From positions 26,218,418 through 26,257,217 of the forward strand of contig NC_068986.1 of NCBI RefSeq assembly GCF_001194135.2: DNA of 38,800 nucleotides, written 5' to 3'. This document shows, piece after piece, positions 24,620 through 36,224 of the stretch. The position numbers were made by a program, and so were the translations under genes. Source of the DNA: Octopus bimaculoides (taxonomy: Eukaryota). Numbering within the stretch: position 1 is the stretch's first letter; every line of letters begins with the position of its first letter. A model generated the notes under the pieces. The model was not told the DNA's origin. It worked only from the letters and a program-made list of their open reading frames with translations, and searched no databases.

Positions 24620-24762
24620 TTAAAGAGGTTGGCATTAGGAAGGGCATCCATCCATAGAAACCAAGCTAAGTCAGACTGGAACCTAGTGCAGCTATCTGGT
24701 TTACCAGTTCCTGTCAAACCATCTAACCTATGGAAAGCAGATGTCAAATGATGATGATGATT
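24620..24762 (+). mobile_element. RTE-type tail fragment
   Basis: GGTTGGCATTAGGAAGGGCATCC...CATCTAACCTATGGAAAGCAGATGTCAAATGATGATGATGA. Confidence 0.75.
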
Positions 24763-25014
24763 GCCAATACTTTATTATCTCTCCTCCTTTCTACCTCTCC
24801 TGTCAAAACTTGTTTTTCCCAACCAGCCGCCATGCCTGATCACTAAATCCACAAGTTTCTTTATTCTCTCTGTTTATTTTCTCTTATTCCTTTCTATAAA
24901 AGACTTTCTCACTTTCCCAAGCGTCAAACTAATACAGCTGCTTGTTGTTCATAAACCTGTCTTTGTCTTTTGTTTTTCTGTAAATTTCAACTATATATAT
25001 ATATATATATATAT

Positions 25015-25154
25015 NNNNNNNNNNNNNNNNNNNNNNNNNNNNNNNNNNNNNNNNNNNNNNNNNNNNNNNNNNNNNNNNNNNNNNNNNNNNNNNNNNNNNN
25101 NNNNNNNNNNNNNNNNNNNNNNNNNNNNNNNNNNNNNNNNNNNNNNNNNNNNNN
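25015..25154. other. Assembly gap (140 N)
   Basis: N run. Confidence 1.
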
Positions 25155-26198
25155 AACAACCACAGCTATTTTTAGCATAGGAGTGATCGCTGCCCCTTTT
25201 CCAGTCAGCGAAAGTTAAAAAAAAGGCAGGATATGAATTTGCACCAGGCCGACCTTGTTCTGGGAGTGGGTAAAAGAACAGGAATTGGCGCGGAAGCAGT
25301 TGGGGACAGCAGTTTGGTGAGTCGAGCTCTGGGAGCCAGCAGAATCGGTTGTGTCGAGTGGTAGCAGTCGTCCAAAGCAGTTGGGGGACAGCAGTTTGCC
25401 CGTGGAGATGGGGTCAGTCGAGTGAGATGAAGATGAAGAATAAGTCTGACAGAGAGAAAGCTATGGTCAGCAGAAATGTATAGAGTCCCAGTGAGAGAGA
25501 GACGGAATTGTAGTGGCAGACTGCCCAGGTCAGTGGAAGTAGCAGACCTGAAGGAAACAAACTTCGTTGTGGTAAATGCTTTTATATTATTTTAGAGAAA
25601 AAGAACTCTGAGTTGTTAACTGTGTTGTNNNNNNNNNNNNNNNNNNNNNNNNNNNNNNNNNNNNNNNNNNNNNNNNNNNNNNNNNNNNNNNNNNNNNNNN
25701 NNNNNNNNNNNNNNNNNNNNNNNNNNNNNNNNNNNNNNNNNNNNNNNNNNNNNNNNNNNNNNNNNNNNNNNNNNNNNNNNNNNNNNNNNNNNNNNNNNNN
25801 NNNNNNNNNNNNNNNNNNNNNNNNNNNNNNNNNNNNNNNNNNNNNNNNNNNNNNNNNNNNNNNNNNNNNNNNNNNNNNNNNNNNNNNNNNNNNNNNNNNN
25901 NNNNNNNNNNNNNNNNNNNNNTATTGGAATTGTTATTATGTAATGCTCTATTCTAATGTTTTAAATGTATTCTGTGATGTTATGTATGTAAAAAGAAAAG
26001 GTTACCCAACGCATGGTCTTCGTGTTGTTTCTTCCTCCCCTCCTTTTGCCTGTGTTGTTCTTCGTTACGTGCTCCAGCCGGGGCTTTATTATCAGTCAGG
26101 TGACCGAGACGGGTTGCTAGCTCACTGAGCGTACGAGCGTTCGCGCGCGAGTTCCTGCTTCGGTTGAGGGGGTGCTTCGCGTGCGGGCGTTCGTAACA
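25155..26198 (+). mobile_element. Probable solo or 3' LTR of an LTR retrotransposon, interrupted by a gap
   Basis: GC- and CpG-rich island ending ...GCGTTCGTAACA (TGTTA...TAACA-type LTR end) that abuts (AT)n at 26199. It has an internal direct repeat AAGCAGTTGGGG(G)ACAGCAGTTTG at about 25294 and 25375. The left terminus is probably inside the 25015-25154 gap. Confidence 0.6.
25629..25921. other. Assembly gap (293 N)
   Basis: N run. Confidence 1.
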
Positions 26199-27436
26199 AT
26201 ATATATATATATATATATATATTTCAACAGTATAATTCAAAGTATAATCAAAATTACCTTGATATTATATTTAATTATTAAACATTCATCTAATATACAT
26301 TGGATACAACCTATGTTCAAGAAAGACGATCAAACTATTTCAAAAATAATCTTGGAATCATTCTGGTTTATCATTGCTATCAGCATTTTAACTGGCTTGG
26401 AAGACAGTCGCATTTGATATGCTGACTGTCAGTCAATCTAGAACATCAGAGAAAAAGATGGCATGCTGTTAAAGGCATCATTTCATAAAGATTCTCAACC
26501 TCAACACACACTCTCAGAAACACATATGCACTGAAGCCAATGATGATGATGACAGTGGTTTGTCCTTGTGAATGGCCACTTTTCAAGTAAGTAATATCTA
26601 CTTTTTGCTGAAGAGACTAAGTCAAAAATTTAACTCAGTTATAGGATCCAATATCTTTACATTGTCCAACATAATTATGATATAACTAAGTCACATAATA
26701 CAATAATGTCCAAGACATTATCAAAATTAACCAATGGACTAAGTGTCTTTATTGACTGAGAGGGTGATAACCAAAATGTATTAGAATGGATTTTATAAGT
26801 ATCTTTTACATCTATTTGTTTCAGCCAGAAGCTGTGACCAAGCTGGAGCACTGGGCATTGAATAGAATGAATAAAATTCATAGGCTTGTCATATTACAAG
26901 AATGAATAACCAGTGAGTTCTTGCATGAACTACTATAAAATATAAATAAATTTGATTCATCTACCTACCACTCCCAGTGTTTTGCAGCTGTGAAAATCTG
27001 AATCACCACTACTTATGACTCACATCTACAAAACAGTGAGGTATGGAGCATTCTTCAATAATATCTAAAGAATCTGTTGTTTTAGGAATGTGTGTGCATG
27101 TATGTGTGTGCCTTGTGTGTATTTAGTGCATGTGTGTGCAAAATGTCTTATTTTTAGTTTATTACTGTCCACATACAGTCCTCTTCATTTTCACCTTTTA
27201 CAGCGATCTCTCTTCCACCATCACCCTTTATCATGATGCCTATCTAACAAGGAAGGACATTAGATCTGTCCATATTTAATACCGACTACCAACATCCAGC
27301 CACTCTATGACAGTGGTAACTTTAAATTAAAAAAAGATTCAAACTGTAACAGCCAACCCGACCCAATATGGAAAAATAGATACAAAATGATGATAATGAC
27401 AAAGACAACTGAATTCCAAATATCACATATGTATCA

Positions 27437-27664
27437 AGGTGGTGAGCCGGCAGAATCATTAGCACAACGGGCGAAATGCTTAGCGGTATTTTGTCTCTCG
27501 TTATATTCTGAGTTCAAATTCTGCCAAGGTCAACTTTGCCTTTCATCCTTTCAGGGTCGATATATTAAGTACCAGTTACGCACTGGGGTCGATATAATCG
27601 ACTTAATCACTTTGTCTGTCCTTGTTTGTCTCCTCTATGTTTAGCCCTTGTGGGCAATAAAGAA
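27437..27664 (+). mobile_element. Near full-length tRNA-derived SINE (second family)
   Basis: GGTGGTGAGCCGGCAGAATCATTAGC head, GAGTTCAAATTC B-box-like motif, GGTCAACTTTGCCTTTCATCCTTTCAGGGTCGATATATTAAGTACCAG central domain. Flanked by a TSD-like ATATGTAT at 27427 and 27665. Confidence 0.9.
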
Positions 27665-27679
27665 ATATGTATACAATGG

Positions 27680-28209
27680 ATCTAAGATTCCACGCACTAC
27701 GCAGAACTTGTCACCAATATGCCGACTGCTTTCAGAAATCTCGGATGCAATATGAGCATTTAAATACATTACTTATTCTCACATATGGATTGGTTTCCTG
27801 AGAATCTGGGATCAATGAGTAACAATTAGGGGGAGAGATTCCATCAGGACAAAGAAAGAGATGGAGACCAGGCATCAGGGACAGTGGGATGCAGTCATGA
27901 TGTCAGATTATTGTTGAACTTTGAAGAGAGACCATTCTTGCTGCTCAGCATTCTAGAGGTTCGAATAAACGCAAGTTCAAGCCCTGAATTTTGAAAAATG
28001 ACGACATAACATTTAATTTATATGTACTTATCTTTATCAGTGCCTACTATTTGATTTACAATAATCAAAGTTCGTAACATTTAACTAATAAATTTTGTTA
28101 GAAAACAATTTTTTTATCTTAAAAACCTGTTTTGGATGAGAAATATTAACAAAAATCAACCGATAATGTCAGAAAAATGTAACCAATTTAATGAATGATA
28201 TCCAAAGCA

Positions 28210-28244
<35 letters not shown>

Positions 28245-28437
28245 CAAAAATTAACCGATTATGTCAGAAAAATGTAATCAATTTAGTCAGAAGATTGGAT
28301 TTTTTAAAAAATCAACTTAGCATAGAAACCTGACCTGATTGAGAGAAACAGATGTCATTTTCAGATTCAGTGGTGCAAACTTTTTCTAAACCAACTTACT
28401 AAAACAACTTACAAAATAATTTTTTTGTTATCCAGTG
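27680..28437 (+). mobile_element. 3' part of a Chapaev3-like (CMC group) DNA transposon with a decayed transposase C-terminus
   Basis: Translates HYAELVTNMPTAFRNLGCNMSI*IHYLFSHMDWFPENLGSMSNN*GERFHQD / KEMETRHQGQWDAVMMSDYC*TLKRD. I recall this HxLxSHxDxFPENLG..S.EQGERFHQD motif from Chapaev3 transposases. The element ends ...TATCCAGTG (reverse complement CACTGG). Confidence 0.7.
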
Positions 28438-29851
28438 TAATTAGAAATTTGGTCAGCCTTTTAAACTAGATACCACTCTTCTAATCTTTATTTGAAACTC
28501 TTTGGCAACTGTTACATTTAATAACTTGAAGCAATGAGTGATTATTTGCACCTCTTGTGCATTCATTAAATGTGATATTTTACAATACAACAAAATATAG
28601 CCATATCCACCTTAAAAGCTCTTTTGAAGGTACTAGGCTCATTGTTATTCACTAAGTGATGTGTTTTCTGAAGAAATAAATCTTAGATATAATCAGTATT
28701 CTCATTTTGTATTAGGGTTTCAGATCACAAATATTATATTCAAATATAACTTATAATATTCATTTTGACCATGAACTGCAATTGATATTGAACAATTTTC
28801 AAGTAATGAATCTTTATTTATTTTTTATATAATAGTTTAAAGTGAAGGATAATGACCAAATCATTTGCTTTCTCACAAAATTAAACATTAATGACTATTG
28901 TTTTTCATCTACAAGCAGCAACTCCATTGACTAACACACTGGTATCTGAAATTGTAAGTTGTTACCACTGATAAAATCTACTTTAAATCTGAAATTTATT
29001 CCAAACAAAAAAACAAGATTTAAAACTAAGTACACCAAGTTTTTAAAAATAAACACCAATTAAGTGAAATAAAAATGTAATACCAGAAAAATGTTGATAA
29101 TTTTTTCAAAAAACTATTTAAAAAATCCATAAAATCTAATAGTATTAAAGTCAGATCACAACTGTTCCACACTTCTATATAGTTAAAAAGATAGTATTCC
29201 ATTAATAAAATCTTGAAACAATACACAAATGTTACTTTAATAACAATAAAAGCACCATTTGATCAACACAATATCAGAAGAATGAATATTAAGCCTGACA
29301 GCTCTTAAAACTCTGGTCAGGACATATATTTAACAAAAGAGTTAGCATTTCTATATTCAGATCATAATGTCCAAATGGAAAACATAATATAAATCTACAA
29401 AAATTTACAGTAATGACAGAACATAACAAAAAAAAAAACCCCATAAGCTTCATCAAATCAGTTCAAAATATGCTACTGTCAACTATGCTTCTTTTTTTCT
29501 TTCAGTGAGTGAAATATAAATACTTATGTGTCAATTCAATCCAACTACCCAACCATCCCCACTACAGACAACTGGCCTTGTGCTGACTCAAAAGAAATCA
29601 ATATTATATTTTCATTTACAAATGTGTTTCTGACAAAGCAATTTTTTTCTCTTGCTTTTAAAACACTGGCATATCCAAAGTGGTTAAGAAGTTCTCTCCA
29701 CAGCACAATGAATTTGATCACACTGCAAAACACCTTGGACAAGTGAAGAAAATGGAAACTCTGAGGAATCTCATAGTACACACACTGGATCCTGTCAAAT
29801 CATCCAACCCATGCCAGCATAGAAAACAGACATTATATTATATTATATTTT

Positions 29852-30224
29852 AATGTCAATGTGAATACCCGTCAGAGTGTAAGTATCTTGAGAGAAAAGC
29901 TGAACATTAGAAGCATCAGTTGTGGCGTGCAAGAGAGATGATTGCGCTGGTATGGACATGTGGTGAGAATGGAGGAGGATAGCTGCGTGAAAAAGTGCCA
30001 CACCCTAACAGCTGAGGGAACCCGTGGAAGAGGTAGGCCCAGGAAGACCTGGGCTGAGGTGGTGAGGCAAGACCTTCGTACATTGGGCCTCACCGAGGCG
30101 ATGACTACGGACCGAGACCTTTGGAAATGTGCTGTGCGTGAGAAGACCCGGCAAGCCAAGTAAGATCGTTGCCAGTGCCCCTGGACTGGTTCTTGTGCGG
30201 GTGGCACATGAGATGCACCATTTT
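29852..30224 (+). mobile_element. Young 5'-truncated RTE LINE 3' end, running into a gap
   Basis: NVNVNTRQSVSILREKLNIRSISCGVQER*LRWYGHVVRMEEDSCVKKCHTLTAEGTRGRGRPRKTWAEVVRQDLRTLGLTEAMTTDRDLWKCAVREKTRQAK*, with one internal stop. Confidence 0.92.
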
Positions 30225-30824
30225 NNNNNNNNNNNNNNNNNNNNNNNNNNNNNNNNNNNNNNNNNNNNNNNNNNNNNNNNNNNNNNNNNNNNNNNNNNNN
30301 NNNNNNNNNNNNNNNNNNNNNNNNNNNNNNNNNNNNNNNNNNNNNNNNNNNNNNNNNNNNNNNNNNNNNNNNNNNNNNNNNNNNNNNNNNNNNNNNNNNN
30401 NNNNNNNNNNNNNNNNNNNNNNNNNNNNNNNNNNNNNNNNNNNNNNNNNNNNNNNNNNNNNNNNNNNNNNNNNNNNNNNNNNNNNNNNNNNNNNNNNNNN
30501 NNNNNNNNNNNNNNNNNNNNNNNNNNNNNNNNNNNNNNNNNNNNNNNNNNNNNNNNNNNNNNNNNNNNNNNNNNNNNNNNNNNNNNNNNNNNNNNNNNNN
30601 NNNNNNNNNNNNNNNNNNNNNNNNNNNNNNNNNNNNNNNNNNNNNNNNNNNNNNNNNNNNNNNNNNNNNNNNNNNNNNNNNNNNNNNNNNNNNNNNNNNN
30701 NNNNNNNNNNNNNNNNNNNNNNNNNNNNNNNNNNNNNNNNNNNNNNNNNNNNNNNNNNNNNNNNNNNNNNNNNNNNNNNNNNNNNNNNNNNNNNNNNNNN
30801 NNNNNNNNNNNNNNNNNNNNNNNN
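30225..30824. other. Assembly gap (600 N)
   Basis: N run. Confidence 1.
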
Positions 30825-30976
30825 TGGCAACGATCTCGCTCGAAAACCCTACAAGGCCAGTCAGGCGGTACTGGCAACGGTCACGCTCAGGATGGTACAT
30901 CTTATATGCCACCCGCACAAGAGCTAGTCCAGGGACACTGGCAACGATCTCACTTGGCTTGCCGGGTCTTCTCACG

Positions 30977-30978
<2 letters not shown>
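30825..30978 (-). mobile_element. RTE LINE 3' end in opposite orientation, truncated at a (TG)n tract
   Basis: Reverse complement reads TGCGTGAGAAGACCCGGCAAGCCAAGTGAGATCGTTGCCAGTG..., about 90% identical by eye to 30135-30224. Confidence 0.9.
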
Positions 30979-31036
<58 letters not shown>

Positions 31037-31039
31037 TAT
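30977..31039. repeat. Compound (CA)n(TA)n(CA)n microsatellite
   Basis: Directly visible. Confidence 0.95.
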
Positions 31040-32997
31040 AGGTGAAGTAATTAGGATGTGCTGTGTATAACTATCCTTAAGAAAAATAGAATTTGATATA
31101 TTTCAACAGGTTTGTTAAGAAAATTAGAAGATTCAATATTTCACATTGGGCTCCATCCTTGGTCTAGTAATGATTTGGGAAATAGATATAGTTGAAGGTT
31201 TGGCTTGGATTGTTTACGTTGTATGTGATGTTGTGTCAGTGTTTGTGGAGAGTGGGAGGGAGGGTTTGTATTTTTACTTGTTTTATTTTTATCCATTAAA
31301 GCAGGTAGTGTTTACACATTTATTTTGAGTGGTAGTAAATTTGGACAAAAAACAGATCTTTTTCTTTGTAAAACATATATATGGCTGTGTTTCAGTATAC
31401 CATTGTAAATGCCACTGCATCAAATTACATCTTTTTATGCAAAAATATAGAACATGGCCATATGATAAATAGAGATCAATAAAATAAGCACCAAACTGAA
31501 GTCAATGCTCCAGAATGCCAACAGTCCAAAAACTAAACACAAAATTGTATACCTTGAAAATATTGTAGTATGTTATAATGCACTTTGCATTCACTATTTG
31601 TAAAATAGGTTACAGCTGCCACTCTATATTGCCCGATTAGCATTTGGGAAACCACCTATAAAAACCCTTGCCAGATTTATGAAAATATTAAAATTCACAG
31701 AATCATCCAATGCATTCTGGAACATAGCTTGTTTCATTAATATTTGCATGGACTGTACAGTTAAAAAACATGGATACATACATGAATTAAAAGGCAAATA
31801 TTTTACAGCTGAATGTTGTTTACAAAGCTAATTAGTAAAGCTGTGAATGGGATAGATTTTTAAACAGTTAATAGTTTATTTGAAATGATAAATATTAAAC
31901 AGATAAAAAGTGATGTAGAAACAAGTATAAGGGAAAAAGTGTGGCTGACAAAATGTCAAACTAATATTCATTGAAGAGATTACTAGGGAACAGAATAATG
32001 TTAAGGTATGAGAGCTATAATAGAAAATGCATATTGTTATAAAGGTTACTCTTTCTCAACTAAAATTCTTCAAGAGGTGAAGGAATTCCATCAAGGCCCA
32101 TCATAGTTATGAAAAGAGAAATGATAGTTAAGGATAAGATTACAACAACCTTACTACTCTGATAAAAGATTAAAAGAAGATAACTATGAGACATTAAAAG
32201 AAAATTAATAGAGTATAAACAGGAAAAAGAAGATGAGCCATCTACAAATGACCAACAGAGTTGGCTCATGCAACAATAGCAAGTTGCTTCTCATGTATGG
32301 TTTGTCAAAAAGATGTAGTTCCACATAAGCTGACTGCCAGTAACCCAAACAAAAATTACACTTCAGTAGTTGATAGTATAGTTGAAATCTTAAACTATTA
32401 TAACATTGAGCTTGTTCTTAGATAAGCTAAGTCACTTTAATTGCTTCAGTTAACATAGCTAAAAAATATGTCTCATTCCCACTGCTTTCTTCAAAAAGTA
32501 AACCTGACAATACACACACCTGCACATAGAGGAAGCCATTTATTATAATTATGGATAATGTTAACAAACAGTTATCAAAATTAGTAGATTCCAAACTCTT
32601 TATTTGAAATTAATTAAAAACTGTCTGCCTATAAGAATTGAAGATCTTGATATTGCTGTTTATGTTATTTGCCGATTATTGTTACCAACCAATTATTGTT
32701 ATTGAAAAGACTTCATCCTAAAGTGATCACAATAAGTGTTTGATACAGACAGGCAGTGCTATAAAGTGTTAAGTACTTCCTAACAGATGTAAACTGCTGG
32801 AAGCAACAAGCAACATAAAAGCAATCATTAAATTAACTTCTTAACATCCTGTTGAAAAAGTCAAAAGCTCAGTCTTGTAATGAGTAAAAAATAACTAAAA
32901 ATGGGTTTGCTTATTGAAATGCTTATAGTGTATTTACTTGTGGTCAGATTGCTGTGAAAACTGGCACTATTGCAGAAAAAAGGTTTGCCTTTTTTTT

Positions 32998-33214
32998 TTA
33001 ACCTTTTCATTACCAACAAGGCTGAAACTGGCTCTGAGTACAAATGTCTTGTTTTCATAAGTTTTGAATTAAAATCTTCTACCAAACGTTAGTCACAATT
33101 TATGTTCCTAACTTTAGCTGAATGAAACTAAGTTATTTTACTAAATTCTTTGTTATATTTAAAGTAATTGAAACACAGAGCATCTCAAAATAAATACAGT
33201 AACGAAAGGGTTAA
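32998..33214. mobile_element. piggyBac-type MITE (second family), both ends present
   Basis: TTAACCTTTTCATTAC ... GTAACGAAAGGGTTAA: imperfect TIRs with TTAA at both ends. Confidence 0.75.
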
Positions 33215-33749
33215 GGTAAATAGTCATTTGTGCTAAAAAAATAATGCCGTGCATGTGCAGTTGTTAATTTATTAGATAACTAAAATCACACAATGAAAAG
33301 AAAGGTGTAAGTAACAAATTAAATGCAGTTAGTAACAGACATGGACACAAACACTGCATAAAAAATGTTTTCTTCTGACCTTTTTTTCACTGTGAAATTT
33401 ACTCCCTTCAACAACAACATACCCAAGTATGTACAAAAGTTGTGATAAAAAAATTTTTTTTATAAAAAAAAAAAGAAAATCAGCAACATGTGGTCAATTT
33501 TAATAATGAATGTTAAAGAATGTAAATAAATGATAGAAGATAGAATCAAAGTTTCCTCCATTATCTAATGGAGAGCTCACAACTGCCTTTAAACCAAACC
33601 ATCTAAATTAAACTCTTGTTTAATTCAGGTGGTTTCAGGTAGTGTAGGACAGACAAATATATGAGCTATCAAGTAGGTTCATGTTGTAAAGCAAGTTAAG
33701 AGCAAATAATAATTACAACAAAGAACAAAAAAATCAACAAAAGCATTAC

Positions 33750-34040
33750 TTTAGTGACAAATAATCCAGATGAAAGATAGCATTGTTGACATGAAGCAGG
33801 ATATCATTGGAAATAAGCATGTTTATATTGATACTGGGGCACTTGCCTGTGACCCTTGCAGACTTTCTCAGCTGCATGATATCAATGCAGTTGATGTACT
33901 GACAGTTGTAGGAAAAACATGAGCAAAAATGGAAGACTTCCAAAGGGATGACATTCTGGGAAAGAAGGAGTGGAAAGAATAGATTGTGTGGGTCTGGAAG
34001 ATATACAACTGAGTCAGGAGGGTCAGAGTTGATGTGGTAT
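33750..34040 (-). mobile_element. Highly decayed CR1/jockey-type reverse transcriptase fragment
   Basis: Across frameshifts: SILSTPSFP / LWKSSIFAHVF / TALISCS / LISNDILL, resembling LCLSTSTFPSCWK..YRPIALISCLSK..LFINDLL. The alignment is by eye and has deletions. Confidence 0.45.
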
Positions 34041-34049
34041 AAGATCAGT

Positions 34050-34440
34050 CAACTCCCATCAGATTACAGAGCAAAGAACACTGTCAAAAGCCTTCTCCAG
34101 TTCAACAAATGTTAGGTACAGTGGCTTATCCCTAAGTACTTCTACAGTTATTTCATTAGGATGATGGCATCAGAAGTAACTCTTCCTGCCACTAAGCTCA
34201 ACTGCATCTTATCTAGGCTAATTCTCTCCCAAATATGTTGAGTTATGACTTTTCCTGTAACTCTTACATGGTCCAACTATTTAATTTCTGTGTAATTTGC
34301 TTTCTTGGGTGCATCTCCCTTGCAGTTGTAGCAGTTGATAATGATGCTGCTACTCTTAATGGGTATGAAACCATCCTGTACTACCTGACTGACTATGCAA
34401 GTAACCAGCCCATAACCTACTCCAGTCTATTTTAAACGTT
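34050..34440 (-). mobile_element. Internal RTE reverse transcriptase fragment
   Basis: QVVQDGFIP..SSIIINCY..KGDAPKKANYTEIK*LDHV..VTGKVITQHIWERISLDKMQLSLVAGRVTSDAIILMK*L*KYL / KPLYLTFVELEKAFDSV, covering the RTE QFGFxPGRSTxDAI and LYLAFVDLEKAFD motifs. Confidence 0.85.
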
Positions 34441-35409
34441 TCAGTGAATTTTTTTCTCAGACATGCTAAATAACAATGCTGCTGCTAATAATGATACAAA
34501 TAAGAAATTTGTAGCGATATTGCCATTTTATCATCACAATAAACATAATTTTAGTGAAGGCATGTATACTACTACTATCTACAAGTCTTGAAACAATATA
34601 ATTATTGCCATTTAGCTATCTAAACATTACAAATTATGTCAAAATAATAATCATTATTATAATCAATGGGTAAGTATTTAGATTTTTTTTTTTAAATAGT
34701 TATCTTCCAAAGTCTGATTATTTACAGTAATTAACATTTCACATGAGAATAATTCCAATTAGAATTATACTTTTATCAAGATTATTTGTTTCATATCACT
34801 TGACTGAATTTATAAAGCTACAGCAACTTATCAAAGTTTTAAATGCCTTGCCAAATAAAATCCTATTCTCATTGACATCAAATAAATTCAAGCCAAGAGA
34901 GCCTATGCTGGTGACTCAACCAGTTAGAACTAGCAACCAAACTGTCCTCAAATCACACACTATAACTATAAAGAGAGAAATACATTGAATAACGTATTTT
35001 AGAATTCAATGTGCAAAAGAAAGAAGCATGGTCACAGAATAGTTTTGGTTAGATGTCTCAGAGCTGACCTGTGGTTAAACAATAACAACAAATCTTATCA
35101 TTGCAGATAAGAAAACGTTGAATTCAAATGTCAAAATAAAGAACTATGCAACAGAAATAGCCACCTGAAAGAGAAACCATTAACAGTGATGTCAATATAA
35201 TAAAAACAACTAACATAGAACTTTAACTCTAACCTTGAATTGTGTCAATTAATATGGAATTATTCAAATTACTAGCCAAATCTCCCCCAACTGTCATTAA
35301 ACGGGAAAGACACAAAGTCCTGGATATAATCATCATTTAATGTTCACTTTTCCATGCATACACGACAGTGAGGTTCATTTACAAGCATTACATGATGTCA
35401 AGGGTATAT

Positions 35410-35590
35410 AGACACACACACACACATGCATGACAGGCCTCTTTCAGTATCTGTCAACCGAATACACTCACACAGCTTCGGTTGCCCCAGGGCTATAGTA
35501 AAATACACTCATTCAAGGTGCCAATGTAGTGGGACTGAGCCTGAAACCATATGGTTGGGAAACACTTCTTACCACAGAGCCATACCTGTG
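35410..35590 (-). mobile_element. 5' half of a CORE-like SINE (family of 13504), decayed
   Basis: GGGCTATAGTAAAATACACTCATTCAAGGTGCC...GGGACTGAGCCTGAAACCATATGGTTGG...CTTCTTACCACAGAGCC. Confidence 0.75.
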
Positions 35591-35856
35591 CTGATATACC
35601 AAGAATAAAAGAAGCAGGATTATCACAGAGAGAATGCAGGCTGAACAATGAAAGGTTGATGGGGAAAATAAACAGACTGACATACAGATTAATGCCAAGA
35701 GTCAGGAAAATTTGGAGACAATAATTCAGTACAAAAAAGTAACAAAGAAAAGTTAAGAATTGTCCCAAAACACAACCTTCTCACATACAAAAAGACAACA
35801 TAAAGCACCAACAATTCTAGAAGAAACTACATAATGTGATGATATTTTCTACTTAC

Positions 35857-35914
35857 CACTAGATTGCGTCTAGTTAACCGAGCCCAGTTTGAATGATATA
35901 AATGGTTGTTGCAG
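35857..35914 (-). CDS. Internal coding exon, 58 nt, phase 2-0: CNNHLYHSNWARLTRRNLV
   Basis: Acceptor GTTTTTATAG|, near-consensus donor GTG|GTAAGTA. One open frame in unique, non-repeat sequence. Membership of the same gene is inferred from the strand. Confidence 0.7.
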
Positions 35915-36077
35915 CTATAAAAACTTCTAACTCAGCTTTAAGATAGATTATAAGATCCAAAGTTCACAAACTGGGGGTGGATATATGCGTGTATGTGTAT
36001 GTGTGTATGCATATGTATATACATATGTAAGTATACAATACATATATATACATACATAATATATAGACACCTACACA

Positions 36078-36222
36078 ATCATCATCATCATTTAACATCT
36101 GTTTCCTATACTAGCTTGTTGTGGATACTTTGACAGGAGGTGATGAGCCAGAGGTGTACCAAATTCTAATGTCTGTTTTGGCATGGTTTCTATGACTAGA
36201 TGCCTTTCCTAATGTCAACCTT
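36078..36222 (-). mobile_element. RTE-type tail fragment
   Basis: ATCATCATCATTTAACATCTGTTTCC...GGCATGGTTTCTATGACTAGATGCCTTTCCTAATG. Confidence 0.75.
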
Positions 36223-36224
36223 AT

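Noticed and set aside
28611-28667. 57-nt open candidate exon KTHHLVNNNEPSTFKRAFK (minus strand)
   Set aside because: The donor GTGGAT is weak and phase 0-0 does not resolve the phase mismatch.
29872-31070. Longest ORFs in the track (241-387 aa)
   Set aside because: They are made mostly of X from the 600-N gap plus RTE and microsatellite sequence.
31553-31655. 103-nt open candidate exon VVSQMLIGQYRVAAVTYFTNSECKVHYNILQYFQ (minus strand)
   Set aside because: Short pyrimidine tract, moderate donor GTATAC, and phase 0-1 would require yet another exon; consistent with chance.
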